Source: an uncultured Chloroflexia bacterium (GTDB lineage: Bacteria > Chloroflexota > Limnocylindria > Limnocylindrales > CSP1-4). Taken from it: a stretch of 64,000 nt of DNA. Numbering within the stretch: the stretch's first letter is position 1; every line of letters starts with the position of its first letter. The translations under genes were made by a program, and so were the position numbers. The notes below the pieces were generated by a model, which did not search any database, was not told where the DNA came from, and saw only the letters and a list, made by a program, of their open reading frames with translations. Below, piece by piece: positions 38,279 through 47,993 of the stretch. The DNA is taken from NCBI GenBank assembly GCA_963828165.1, contig CAWHDR010000001.1:1088001-1152000 (forward strand), read 5' to 3'.

Positions 38279-39729
38279 GCAGCAGCCTGGTCACCCCGGT
38301 CCGGGTCGAAAAGACCGGCGGCCTCTCCGCGTGGCTGCGCCACATGGGCGCAGCCGTCACGAGCTGGCCACAGTCCTATCGGGCGGCCTATGCGAAGAAT
38401 CGGCGCCGCACGATCCTGCTGACGCTCCTCGTCATCGGCGTCTTCCTCTACCCGATCATCTACCCGGCCATCCCGTCGAACATCACCCGGGCGCTGCCGC
38501 TTCCGAGCAGCACGGTGGTCATGTTCATGCTGATCTTCGGGATCATGGCCATCGGCCTCAATGTCGTCATCGGCTTCGCCGGCCTGCTGGACCTCGGGTA
38601 CGTGGCGTTCTACGCGATCGGCGCCTACACGGCCGCCTTCCTCGCATCACCCCACTTCGGCGGCGTGTCGGTCGTCCTGTTCTCGAGCGTGCCACCCGGC
38701 TTCCCGGGGATCCACCTGCCGTTCGCCCTGATCTTCCTGCTAGCGGCCGCCGTGGCCGCGGTCTTCGGCGCGCTGCTCGGCGCCCCGACCCTGCGCCTCC
38801 GTGGTGACTACCTCGCCATCGTGACGCTGGGATTCGGCGAGATCGTTCCGATCTTCTTCAAGAACCTCGTCAACGTGAACTTCACGTTCGGCCCCATCCA
38901 GCTCGTCAACGCCAACCTCACCGGCGGACCTCTCGGGATCAACCCCATCGATCCGCCCAGCTTCCTCGGGTTCAAGTTCGGCGTGATCAGCGGGTTCGCG
39001 CCGATCTATCTCGGCATCGCGCTCGTGGTGATCGCGATCGTCATCGCGCGAAACCTGGAACGTTCGCGTATGGGACGCGCCTGGATGGCCATCCGCGAGG
39101 ACGAGATCGCCGCCGAGATGATGGGCGTCAACACCGTCCGGACCAAGCTCCTCGCGTTCGCCCTGGGGGCGGCCTTCGCGGGCGTCGCGGGTGCGCTGCA
39201 GGCGTCCTACCAGGGCGCGACGACGTCCGACTTCTTCATGTTCTCGACGTCGATCCTGGTGGTGATCATGATCATCCTGGGCGGCATCGGGAACATCTGG
39301 GGCGTGCTCGTCGGGGCCATCGTCGTCCAGTACGTCGACAAGACCCTGCTGGCTTGGGTCGGTAACCGCCTGTCGGATGTCGGCGGCGCGACCGGGCTCG
39401 AGCAGTTGAGCGACATCAACCCCTCGTCCTTCAGCTTCCTGCTGCTCGGCATCGCGCTCGTCGTGATGATGCGGTTCCGTCCGGAAGGCTTCCTGCCGAG
39501 CCGCCAGCGCGCCGCGGAGATGCACACGGCCCCACCGGGCCAGGCGATCGGCTCGATCGGCCTCATCGAGGAGGAGGGTCTCGTGCCCGAGCTCGATCCG
39601 ACCGAGCCCGGCGGTGAGGAGGATCCTGAGCAAGCGGAGGTGCCCGGCGAGGAGCCGCCCGGCCAGACCATCGCAGAAAGCCGCGGCGAAGTCACCGGCG
39701 ATGGCCCCGACGACGAGACGCCACGATGA
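38275..39729 (+). CDS. livM: BCAA ABC permease
   Basis: GLLDLGYVAF, RLRGDYLAIVTLGFGEI. Confidence 0.93.
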   Translation: MSSSLVTPVRVEKTGGLSAWLRHMGAAVTSWPQSYRAAYAKNRRRTILLTLLVIGVFLYPIIYPAIPSNITRALPLPSSTVVMFMLIFGIMAIGLNVVIGFAGLLDLGYVAFYAIGAYTAAFLASPHFGGVSVVLFSSVPPGFPGIHLPFALIFLLAAAVAAVFGALLGAPTLRLRGDYLAIVTLGFGEIVPIFFKNLVNVNFTFGPIQLVNANLTGGPLGINPIDPPSFLGFKFGVISGFAPIYLGIALVVIAIVIARNLERSRMGRAWMAIREDEIAAEMMGVNTVRTKLLAFALGAAFAGVAGALQASYQGATTSDFFMFSTSILVVIMIILGGIGNIWGVLVGAIVVQYVDKTLLAWVGNRLSDVGGATGLEQLSDINPSSFSFLLLGIALVVMMRFRPEGFLPSRQRAAEMHTAPPGQAIGSIGLIEEEGLVPELDPTEPGGEEDPEQAEVPGEEPPGQTIAESRGEVTGDGPDDETPR

Positions 39730-40589
39730 CGACGGGCGTCACCTACGAGCAGGGGGCCACGCCGTTGACCGGCCAGGTACCGGACGACCAGATCCTGGTC
39801 CGCGCCCGGAACGTGACGAAGCGGTTCGGCGGCCTGGTGGCGGTCAACGCCGTCGATTTCGACATCCCGCGGGGCAGCATCGTCTCGCTCATCGGGCCGA
39901 ACGGCGCCGGCAAGACGACGTTCTTCAACATGATCACCGGCGCCTACGTGCCGACGAGCGGCGAGATCTCGTTCGACGGTCGCGACATCGTGACGACGAA
40001 GGGCAGCAAGGTCCGCTCGCTCAAGCCGCACCAGGTCACCCAGCTCGGGATCGGTCGGACCTTCCAGAACATCCGCCTGTTCGGCACGATGTCCGCCCTC
40101 GACAACGTGCTCGTCGGCGAGCACGTCCACCTGCGCAGCCGCTGGTGGGACGCGGTCCTGCGCACGCCCCGCAACAACGTGGAGGAAGAGGCGAGCGTCG
40201 AGCGTGCGCACGAGCTGCTCAAGTTCGTCGGACTCGACGAACGGCCCCACGCCTGGGCGCGGAACCTGCCCTACGGCGACCAGCGCCGCCTCGAGATCGC
40301 GCGAGCCCTCGCGACCAGCCCCAAGCTGCTGCTTCTCGACGAGCCGACCGCAGGCATGAACGCCTCGGAGACGCGTGACCTGACCGACTTCATCCGTCGC
40401 CTGCGCTCCGAGCTCGGCCTGACCGTCCTGCTCATCGAGCACGACATGCGCGTCGTCATGGGCATCAGCGACCGGGTCACGGTGCTCGACTACGGCGAGG
40501 TGCTGGCCGAAGGCAGCCCCGCCGAGGTTCGCGCCAATCCCCGGGTCATCGAGGCGTACCTGGGCCGCGGCGCGGCGGAGGGAGCCTGA
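39726..40589 (+). CDS. livG: BCAA ABC ATP-binding protein
   Basis: GPNGAGKTT, RTFQNIRLF, LPYGDQRRLEIARA. Confidence 0.93.
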   Translation: MTTGVTYEQGATPLTGQVPDDQILVRARNVTKRFGGLVAVNAVDFDIPRGSIVSLIGPNGAGKTTFFNMITGAYVPTSGEISFDGRDIVTTKGSKVRSLKPHQVTQLGIGRTFQNIRLFGTMSALDNVLVGEHVHLRSRWWDAVLRTPRNNVEEEASVERAHELLKFVGLDERPHAWARNLPYGDQRRLEIARALATSPKLLLLDEPTAGMNASETRDLTDFIRRLRSELGLTVLLIEHDMRVVMGISDRVTVLDYGEVLAEGSPAEVRANPRVIEAYLGRGAAEGA

Positions 40590-40590
40590 C

Positions 40591-41304
40591 GTGGCCCTCC
40601 TCGAGCTCAAGGACGTCCACACCTATTACGGGGCGATCCACGCCCTGCGCGGTGTCAGCTTCACGGTCGACGAGGGCGAGATCGTCACGCTGATCGGGTC
40701 GAACGGCGCCGGCAAGTCGACCACGCTGCGCACGATCTCCGGCCTCCTCCGACCGCGCCAGGGCGAGATCTGGCTGCGCGGCGAGCGGATCGACAGCCGC
40801 AAGCCGCACGAGATCGTCGCGCTCGGCGTCAGTCAGAGCCCCGAGGGCCGCCGGGTGTTCGCACGGATGAACATCCAGGAGAACCTGGAGATGGGGGCGT
40901 TTGCGCGAAAGGATCGCGGCGCCCTCGCGACCGAGTACGCGCGGATATACGAGCTGTTTCCTCGCCTGAGCGAGCGCAAGCTCCAGAAGGCCGGCACGCT
41001 GTCGGGCGGTGAGCAGCAGATGCTCGCCATCGGTCGGGCCCTGATGGCGGCTCCCAAGGTGCTGCTCCTCGACGAGCCGTCGATGGGCCTCGCGCCGATC
41101 CTCGTCGAGCAGATCTTCGAGATCCTCAAGACCATCAACGCGCAGGGGACGACCGTGCTGCTCGTGGAGCAGAATGCGTTGATGGCGCTCGGCATCGCGC
41201 GACGTGGCTACATCCTGCAGACCGGGGAGGTCGTCCTCACCGACACCGCCGACAAGCTGCGCACCGACCCGGCCGTCCGCAAGGCCTATCTCGGAGAGGA
41301 CTGA
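40591..41304 (+). CDS. livF: BCAA ABC ATP-binding protein
   Basis: GSNGAGKST, LSGGEQQMLAIGRA. Confidence 0.93.
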   Translation: MALLELKDVHTYYGAIHALRGVSFTVDEGEIVTLIGSNGAGKSTTLRTISGLLRPRQGEIWLRGERIDSRKPHEIVALGVSQSPEGRRVFARMNIQENLEMGAFARKDRGALATEYARIYELFPRLSERKLQKAGTLSGGEQQMLAIGRALMAAPKVLLLDEPSMGLAPILVEQIFEILKTINAQGTTVLLVEQNALMALGIARRGYILQTGEVVLTDTADKLRTDPAVRKAYLGED

Positions 41305-41316
41305 CCGGGGGGCGCG

Positions 41317-42472
41317 ATGGCCGGACTCACTCGGGTCCCGGCTCCTCGATCGCCGTTCGACGGCCAGTGGGCCGCCATCGGCGGATTCCTCGTGGTCGTC
41401 ATCGTCGCGCTCGCCGATCGAGCCGTGGGGCAGCACCCGGGCGCCGACCGGCCCGACGCCATCCCCGTACCGCCCACCGGCCACCGCCACGCCGGCGCCG
41501 CAAGTCGGCCCGCGGATCGCCCTCCGCCCGTACCGGCCGGAGTCCTTCGGGCCCGCGCCGAGCGAAGCGGAATGGTCGATCCGCACCTCGGCGGCGCGGA
41601 TCACGCCGGTGCCATCAGTCGGCCTTTCCGAGCCAACGGACATCGCCAGCGGTCCCGTCGTCGATATCGGGCCCGCCGACGACCTTGACGTCATCGTCAT
41701 CACCGGCCCGCCAGGTAGCGCCCTGGACAAGATCCGGCTCTGGCGATTCGACGACGTCGGGCGTCCTGAGCGGCTGGACCTGGCCCGTCTGGCATCGCCG
41801 TGGGCCGACGCCCCGGCCTGGGCCGTCGGCCTGCGCGCGCCTGGCGCCGCAGCTGGCCAGGTACTGGCCTGGCAGCCGGGCCTGTACCGCCTGGACCTGC
41901 TCGTGGAACCGGCCGGGACGATCCGGATGGTCATGCTGTCGGCTCGCGCGGATCGCGATGGCGGGGGTGGCGTGGCGCGCATCCCGTCCAAGTCGGACCG
42001 TGTGCCCCTCGATGCATTCGGCGCGTCCATCCTGCGCCGCTTGCCGCAGGCGGCCAACCTGTGGACCGTCGGCGAGATCCTCACGGGCTGGGCGCGACCG
42101 CCGGCCGCGGGGGATTGCCGCGTGGCGCAGATCTGGCAGGCCGGCGGGCCCGAGGCAGGGTGCTGGCCCGTTCCGATCGGCCCGGCGAGCGCCCTCGGGG
42201 TGAACCTGCCGGACGGGCAACGCGTGGCCGCGATCGAGCTGGCCCAGGTGGATCCGCTGCCCGGCCCGATCGCCCTGGAGAGTCAGATCGGCGTGGGCGG
42301 GCGGCCCGGCGTGGCGGCGCTCGAGACGCCGGCCAGTGGCCTGGCCGACGGCATCTACCGGATGAAGGTGGCCGTCGTCGGTGGTGGCGACGAACACTGG
42401 TATGTGGAGGTCGGGCCGAACGGCCGCCAGGCGGCCGCGATCAATGCCTTCGTGACCAGCGCTCAGCGGTAG
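41317..42472 (+). CDS. Hypothetical membrane-anchored protein, frameshift near 41415
   Basis: TM anchor in the 41317 frame joins the PWG/WQPGLYRL domain in the 41204 frame. Confidence 0.55.
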
Positions 42473-42900
42473 ACGGGCTCCCTGGTCATCCGGTAGACGG
42501 CCCGCGACAGGACGGCGAGGCCAAGGCCGGCGATCCACAGGCCGGGCCCGTTCGTGAACACCTGGATGGGTTCCGTGAACTGGAAGGCCTCGCTCAGGAG
42601 CAGGTCGATGACCCGCCAGCCGAGGCCCAGCCAGCCGACGACGGCCAGCAGCCCGTACGAAACGGTCCGGTCGATCCCGGTGGGGCGGTCGCCGACCGCA
42701 TACGGGAGCGCGACGAGCGCGAGCGTGATGACACCGACGAGGAACACGATGATCCCGCTGCCCTCGAAGGCGTTGCCGGACAGCGGCGGGATCCCGGTCT
42801 CGCCTCCGACCCGCCACCACGGCAGGATGGAGCCCACGACGATGAGGACGCCGGCGATGGCCGCCAGCGTTCGACCCCCGCCCAGGGGCCGGCGGTGCAT
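42463..42900 (-). CDS. Membrane protein
   Basis: VGSILPWW, GPGLWI; about 4 TM. Confidence 0.75.
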   Translation of the reverse strand: MHRRPLGGGRTLAAIAGVLIVVGSILPWWRVGGETGIPPLSGNAFEGSGIIVFLVGVITLALVALPYAVGDRPTGIDRTVSYGLLAVVGWLGLGWRVIDLLLSEAFQFTEPIQVFTNGPGLWIAGLGLAVLSRAVYRMTREPVYR

Positions 42901-42902
42901 CG

Positions 42903-43490
42903 TCACTCGGCGTCCGCCTCCGGACCGCCGGCTCCGTAGACCTCCGGCTTCAGGACTCCGACGAAGCGCAGGTTGCGGTACAGCTCGCCGTAGTCGAGGC
43001 CGTAGCCGACGACGAACTGGTCCGGGATCTCGAACCCGATGTAGTCGACCGGGATCTCGACCAGTCGGCGGGCGGGCTTGTCGAGCAACGTGCAGATCCG
43101 GAGCGACGCCGGGTTCTTGCCGCGCAGGTAGCGCACGAGGTAGTTCAGCGTGAGGCCGGTGTCGATGATGTCCTCGACGATCAGGACGTCCTCGCGCTCG
43201 ATGCTCGCGGACAGGTCCTTGAGGATCCGGACGAGGCCGGACGACTCGGTGGAGTTGCCACCGTATGAGCTGACCTCCATGAGGTCGATCCGGAGCGGCA
43301 GGTCGATCGCGCGCATGAGGTCGGCCATGAACGGCAGGGAACCCTTGAGGACCGAGACCAGGGTCACCGGGCGACCGGCGTAGTCGGCGCTGATCCGGGC
43401 CCCGAGCTCCGCCACCTTCGCGGCGATCTCCTCCTCGGAGAGGAGGATCTGGCCGATGTCGTCGCGCAGGTCCGCCGTTCGCACCGCCAT
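42903..43490 (-). CDS. hpt: Hypoxanthine phosphoribosyltransferase
   Basis: VLKGS, VLIVEDIIDTGLTL, FVVGYGLDY. Confidence 0.96.
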   Translation of the reverse strand: MAVRTADLRDDIGQILLSEEEIAAKVAELGARISADYAGRPVTLVSVLKGSLPFMADLMRAIDLPLRIDLMEVSSYGGNSTESSGLVRILKDLSASIEREDVLIVEDIIDTGLTLNYLVRYLRGKNPASLRICTLLDKPARRLVEIPVDYIGFEIPDQFVVGYGLDYGELYRNLRFVGVLKPEVYGAGGPEADAE

Positions 43491-43492
43491 CG

Positions 43493-44026
43493 TCAGCCCA
43501 CCGCCTCATCGACACCGACGGCCGATGCGGGACGGGTCCGTCGCCGTCGGGCGGCCGGTGCCGGGAGCGTCTCCGGGATCGATTCGGCGTCGACGAGCGC
43601 GGCGATGGCCGCCGGCAGCGGAACGGCCGGCAGCGCATCGGCCGTGGCGGGGCCGTGTGGTAACGCGACCTGCCCGGACGAGCCCGAGAGTCCGTCGAAC
43701 AATGCGATCTTGCCGTACTTGAGCATGAGCGCCCGGAAGTCGCGCGCATAGAACAGCTTGATGTTCACCGCGGGATACAGCTCGCGAAGCCGGCGCAGCT
43801 TGCGGTTCTTCTTGCGCACCAGCCGCTGTCGGAGCGTCGTCATCTCGAGATAGAGGTCCAGGTCCGGGAGAAAGAAGTCGGGCGCGAAACTCTCGACGAC
43901 GGCTCCCTCCAGGTTCCACAGGATCGGGAACGTGTGGGGCTCGTACTCCCAGCGGACCGCGTAGAAATCGAGGATGCGGGCCATCTCCGCCTCGCTGGCG
44001 TGGGCGAACGGCGTACTGGGGTCCAT
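43493..44026 (-). CDS. Hypothetical protein, possible PD-(D/E)XK-like fold
   Basis: SEAEMA...WEYEP...PDFFLPDLDLYLEMTT. Confidence 0.75.
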   Translation of the reverse strand: MDPSTPFAHASEAEMARILDFYAVRWEYEPHTFPILWNLEGAVVESFAPDFFLPDLDLYLEMTTLRQRLVRKKNRKLRRLRELYPAVNIKLFYARDFRALMLKYGKIALFDGLSGSSGQVALPHGPATADALPAVPLPAAIAALVDAESIPETLPAPAARRRRTRPASAVGVDEAVG

Positions 44027-44084
44027 CGGCCGTCAGTCTACCCGAGTGCCGTGTCGGACGGCTGGCGCGCCACCGTCCCGGGCA

Positions 44085-44113
44085 TTGCAGCCCATACCCC
44101 CCGGGGGTATGAT
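44085..44113 (+). promoter_or_regulatory. csoR promoter with CsoR operator
   Basis: TTGCAG-N17-TATGAT overlapping palindrome ATACCCCCCGGGGGTAT (44094-44110). Confidence 0.8.
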
Positions 44114-44120
44114 GCCGTGC

Positions 44121-44480
44121 ATGGCCACCACGACCGCCCGCCGTTCGACACCGGCTCCCGATCCCAGCCACTTCCGACACAGTTACTCGAAGGACACCGC
44201 CCAGCTCATGCGACGCCTGTCGCGCATGGAGGGCCAGGTCCGCGGGATCGCGCGGATGATCGAACGCGAGGAGTACTGCGTCGACATCCTCCAGCAGACC
44301 GCCGCGCTGCGGGCCGCCGTCGATGCGCTGTCGATCCTCGTGCTCGAAGACCACGTCCAGGGTTGCGTCCGGACCGCCGCGGAGCGCGGCGAAGCCGACA
44401 AGTACGTCGATGAGGTCATCGATGTCGTCCGGCGGACTCTTGGCCGACCGGTTCGGAGCCCCAGCGCGCGGCCCGGCTGA
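44121..44480 (+). CDS. csoR: CsoR-family metal-sensing repressor
   Basis: RLSRMEGQVRGI, YCVDIL, HVQGC (C-H-C ligand set). Confidence 0.88.
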   Translation: MATTTARRSTPAPDPSHFRHSYSKDTAQLMRRLSRMEGQVRGIARMIEREEYCVDILQQTAALRAAVDALSILVLEDHVQGCVRTAAERGEADKYVDEVIDVVRRTLGRPVRSPSARPG

Positions 44481-44566
44481 CGCGGCCGACCGTACCTTCG
44501 TCCCGTCGCATCGCCTCCGTTCGGGGGGATGCCTGGACGCACCAGTCAGGGCACGATCGGTCCCTG

Positions 44567-46132
44567 ATGGATGACCGCCACCCGGCACGCCTGCCTGTCG
44601 CCGCGCCCGCCGTGCCCCCGCCGCCCCAGTTCGTCGAACGCCGGGCGCAGTCCCGTCGCGAGGCGGACCGCGTCGCCCACGAGGAACGCCTGCTGCTGGC
44701 GCGCGCGCTCGACGTCCTCGCGACCGGCGATGCCCCGGAGCAACGACTGGCCGGCTTGCTCGACCTCCTGGCGCAGACCGTCGGGGCGGAACGCGCCGCG
44801 GTCGTCGCCGACGGGGCCGCTCGCCGCGTCGCCGTCGCCGCCACGGGCCCCAACGACCACGATGCGGCGATCGGGCTGGCGACCTGGCTCGATTCGGCGG
44901 CTCCCCGGAGTCGCGCGCGGCGCGCGGCCGCGAAGCGCGCCCCGATCTCTGTTGCGTTGCGCGGGATGGATGCCGGATCGACGGCCACGTCCATCGCGAA
45001 GACGCCCGCACCGCGCGAGACGTCGGACCTTGTGTATGCCTGCCTCACGATCCCGTCCGCCGGCGAGGTGACGCTCGGGTTCAGCTTCCGCGAGTCCGTC
45101 GACGCCGGGGCCCTCGAGGAGCGGCTGCCGCCCGCCCTCGCGAGGCATGCCGCGGTGGCCCTGACACTCGTGACCGAGGCCCTCGCCACGGAGCGCGAGC
45201 TGGCCAGGATGCGTGCCGTCGAAAGCCAGCGAGCGCAGTTCGTCTCGACGGTGGCGCACGAGCTGCGCACGCCCCTGACCGGGCTGTCGGGCTACCTCGA
45301 TCTCATCCTGGACGGTCGCGTCGGCGACCCCGAGGTCGAGCGCGAGTTCATGGAGCGCGGGCGCACGATCGTCAGCTCGATGGGCGCGCTCGTCGACGAC
45401 CTCCTGGAGCTCTCGCGGATCGAGTCCGGGACACTCGTGCTGGAGCAGGAGCCGTTCTCCGTCGCCGATGCCCTCAACGCCGTGTCCGCCGGGCTGCTGC
45501 CGATCGCGCTCGATCGAGGCGTGCGTCTGTTCGTGTCCGCACCGCCCCGGCTCCGATCCGCGACCGGCGATCGTCGGCGGGTCGAACAGATCGTCACGAA
45601 CCTCGCCGCCAACGCGATCAAGTTCGCGGGCGACCGGGCCGTCGAACTGGTCGGATGGTTCGAGGGACCGGTGGCCGTCGTCGCCGTGCGGGACGAAGGG
45701 CCGGGCATCGCGCCGACCGACCGCGAGCGGATCTTCGAACGCTTCTACCGGATGTCCGATCACGAGCCGATCACCGGGACCGGTCTGGGCCTGCCGATCG
45801 CGCGCGACCTCGCTCGGGCGATGGGTGGCGAGCTCGACGCGGCAAGCGTGCAGAGTGCGGGTTCCAGTTTCGTGCTCGTCCTGCCGGGGCCCGCCGGCAC
45901 CATCCCGGCGGCGGTGATCGCCGAGGCCATGCGCGTGTCGCTGGACCTCGAGACGGAGCGCCTTCGGACGCTGGCCCTGTTGCAGGCGGGCGCCGCGGCG
46001 ACCGATGAGGATCGACGCCGTATCCCGCGCGACGCGGCCGACGGTCGGCGCGAGGGACAGACCCTCGACGACGACGCCCGCCGCGACGATCCTGCCCGCC
46101 ACGATCCATCCCACGCCGTCGCGCGTCGCTGA
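44567..46132 (+). CDS. Soluble sensor histidine kinase
   Basis: AHELRTPL, NLAANAIKF, DEGPGI, GTGLGL. Confidence 0.9.
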   Translation: MDDRHPARLPVAAPAVPPPPQFVERRAQSRREADRVAHEERLLLARALDVLATGDAPEQRLAGLLDLLAQTVGAERAAVVADGAARRVAVAATGPNDHDAAIGLATWLDSAAPRSRARRAAAKRAPISVALRGMDAGSTATSIAKTPAPRETSDLVYACLTIPSAGEVTLGFSFRESVDAGALEERLPPALARHAAVALTLVTEALATERELARMRAVESQRAQFVSTVAHELRTPLTGLSGYLDLILDGRVGDPEVEREFMERGRTIVSSMGALVDDLLELSRIESGTLVLEQEPFSVADALNAVSAGLLPIALDRGVRLFVSAPPRLRSATGDRRRVEQIVTNLAANAIKFAGDRAVELVGWFEGPVAVVAVRDEGPGIAPTDRERIFERFYRMSDHEPITGTGLGLPIARDLARAMGGELDAASVQSAGSSFVLVLPGPAGTIPAAVIAEAMRVSLDLETERLRTLALLQAGAAATDEDRRRIPRDAADGRREGQTLDDDARRDDPARHDPSHAVARR

Positions 46133-46138
46133 CGCCGA

Positions 46139-46217
46139 GTTATCCACGAATCCCGCCGCATCGCGACCGAGTTCGTGGATAACCGCGTTGACGCGCCCCC
46201 GGCCCGACCCGTACGGT
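46139..46217 (+). promoter_or_regulatory. Inverted DnaA-box-like pair and promoter upstream of rsmG
   Basis: GTTATCCACGAA-N21-TTCGTGGATAAC; TTGACG-N18-TACGGT. Confidence 0.5.
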
Positions 46218-46364
46218 CCCATCCCGCACTGGGGCGAACGCGAGGGTAACGCGATCCACGAGGGGCTCGGGGAGACCCGGCCGCGAACCGGATGGATGGC
46301 GGAAGACCGGACCAGCGCTCACGGTGCGAGATGAGTCGACGTCGGGAGCGGCGCCGCGCGGTCG

Positions 46365-47177
46365 ATGGCACGTGGATCCACAGGAGGGCGTGCCGTGGTC
46401 CTAGAGCGCGAGCCGCTCCCGACGCGCGTCCGGGACACGCCGCAACTGCCGCCGTCGTACGAAGGGGCCTTGGTCGGCGGCGTGACCGATCCCTGGCTGG
46501 CGTCAGTCCTGGCGGACCCCGCGGTTCGCGCCGTCATCGATGGCCACGTCCGCCTGCTGCTCGCGTGGACGCCGCACATCAATCTCACGGCCATTCGGGA
46601 GCCGGCGGCCGTCGCGACCGCGCATGTCCTGGACAGCCTGACGGCCTTGACGTGGCTGCGCGACCGGCGCGCCGATCGGGTCCTGGACCTCGGCTCGGGC
46701 GGCGGCTTCCCGGGTCTGCCGCTCGCATCTGCCCTGCCCGACGCCGCATTCACCCTGGTCGAGCCGATCGCCAAGAAGGCGCGCTTCCTCCACACCGTGG
46801 TCGAGGCGACCGGGCTGGTTGATCGGGTGACGGTTTCCATCACGCGAGCCGAGGAGCTCGCGGCGACCCCTGGTCGCCGGGGCTCGTGGTCCGTCGTCAC
46901 GGCGCGCGCGGTCGCGTCGACCGCCGATCTCGTCGAGCTCTCCTTTCCGTTGCTCGACGGTGGCGGGTCGCTGGTGGCCTGGAAGCGCGGCGATCTGGAC
47001 GCTGAGCTCGCGACGGCACGGCGGGCGATCGATGCGCTGGGTGGGGGCACGCTCGAGGTGCGTGAGGTGAGTGTGGCCGGACTCGCCGATCACCGGCTGG
47101 TGATCGCCACCCGGACGGGCGCCGTCCCGGCGGCCTACCCACGCGATCCAGCAGCTCGCCGCCGCGATCCGTGGTGA
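46365..47177 (+). CDS. rsmG: 16S rRNA m7G527 methyltransferase
   Basis: INLTAI, HVLDSL, LDLGSGGGFPG, VTARAV; start uncertain. Confidence 0.92.
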   Translation: MARGSTGGRAVVLEREPLPTRVRDTPQLPPSYEGALVGGVTDPWLASVLADPAVRAVIDGHVRLLLAWTPHINLTAIREPAAVATAHVLDSLTALTWLRDRRADRVLDLGSGGGFPGLPLASALPDAAFTLVEPIAKKARFLHTVVEATGLVDRVTVSITRAEELAATPGRRGSWSVVTARAVASTADLVELSFPLLDGGGSLVAWKRGDLDAELATARRAIDALGGGTLEVREVSVAGLADHRLVIATRTGAVPAAYPRDPAARRRDPW

Positions 47178-47225
47178 GATCCCGCATCGGGTGAGCCGCT
47201 CCTGACGCTGCTACGCTCTGCCGCG

Positions 47226-47963
47226 ATGCGGGTCGCCGTCCTGTCGGACATCCACAGCAATCTCGTGGCGCTCGATGCGGTCCTCGCGCATGCCGGTGCG
47301 GTCGACGCGATCTGGCATCTGGGCGACGTCGTGGGCTACGGGCCGGACCCGGACGGGGTCGTCGCGCGGCTGATCAAGGTCGGTGCGGTCGGCGTGCGCG
47401 GCAATCACGACGCCGCGGCGCTTGGCGGGCGCGAGATCGACTGGTTCAACCCGGAGGCGCGCGCCGCGGCGGAATGGACCCGCGACACGATCGACGGCAC
47501 GACCCGCGCATGGTTGACCGCCCTGCCCGAGCGCCACGCGATCGGCCGCATGTCCCTCGTCCACGGCAGCCCGCGCGACCCGATCCGCGAGTACGTCTCG
47601 AGCGCCGACGTCGCCCTCGAGAACCTGGCCGTCCTCGAGACGGAATTCGGCCTGCACGGCCACACCCATGTGCCGGTGGCGTTCTGTCTCGGGCCGGACC
47701 AGCGCTTGCAGGTCGTGGGCCCCGGCTCGGGCAGGAGCTCGGACGGCATCCTCGCGCTCGACGGGCAACGGGCGCTCATCAACCCGGGCAGCGTAGGCCA
47801 GCCGCGGGACGGCGACCCCGATGCCTCGTACCTGATCCTGGACCCCGAGGCCGCGACGGTGAGCTGGCATCGCGTGGCGTACGACATCGCTGCCGTCCAG
47901 GCGGCGATCCGCGCTGCCGGCCTCCCGGGCCGGCTCGCCGACCGGCTCGCGTACGGCGCATGA
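47226..47963 (+). CDS. Metallophosphoesterase (calcineurin-like)
   Basis: DIHSN, GDVVGYG, GNHD, HGHTH, NPGSVGQPRDG. Confidence 0.92.
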   Translation: MRVAVLSDIHSNLVALDAVLAHAGAVDAIWHLGDVVGYGPDPDGVVARLIKVGAVGVRGNHDAAALGGREIDWFNPEARAAAEWTRDTIDGTTRAWLTALPERHAIGRMSLVHGSPRDPIREYVSSADVALENLAVLETEFGLHGHTHVPVAFCLGPDQRLQVVGPGSGRSSDGILALDGQRALINPGSVGQPRDGDPDASYLILDPEAATVSWHRVAYDIAAVQAAIRAAGLPGRLADRLAYGA

Positions 47964-47993
47964 CCGCGTCTCGAGCATCGTGAGGTCACGTCC

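Noticed and set aside
46139-46360. oriC
   Set aside because: Only two good boxes, no AT-rich unwinding element, no dnaA/dnaN nearby
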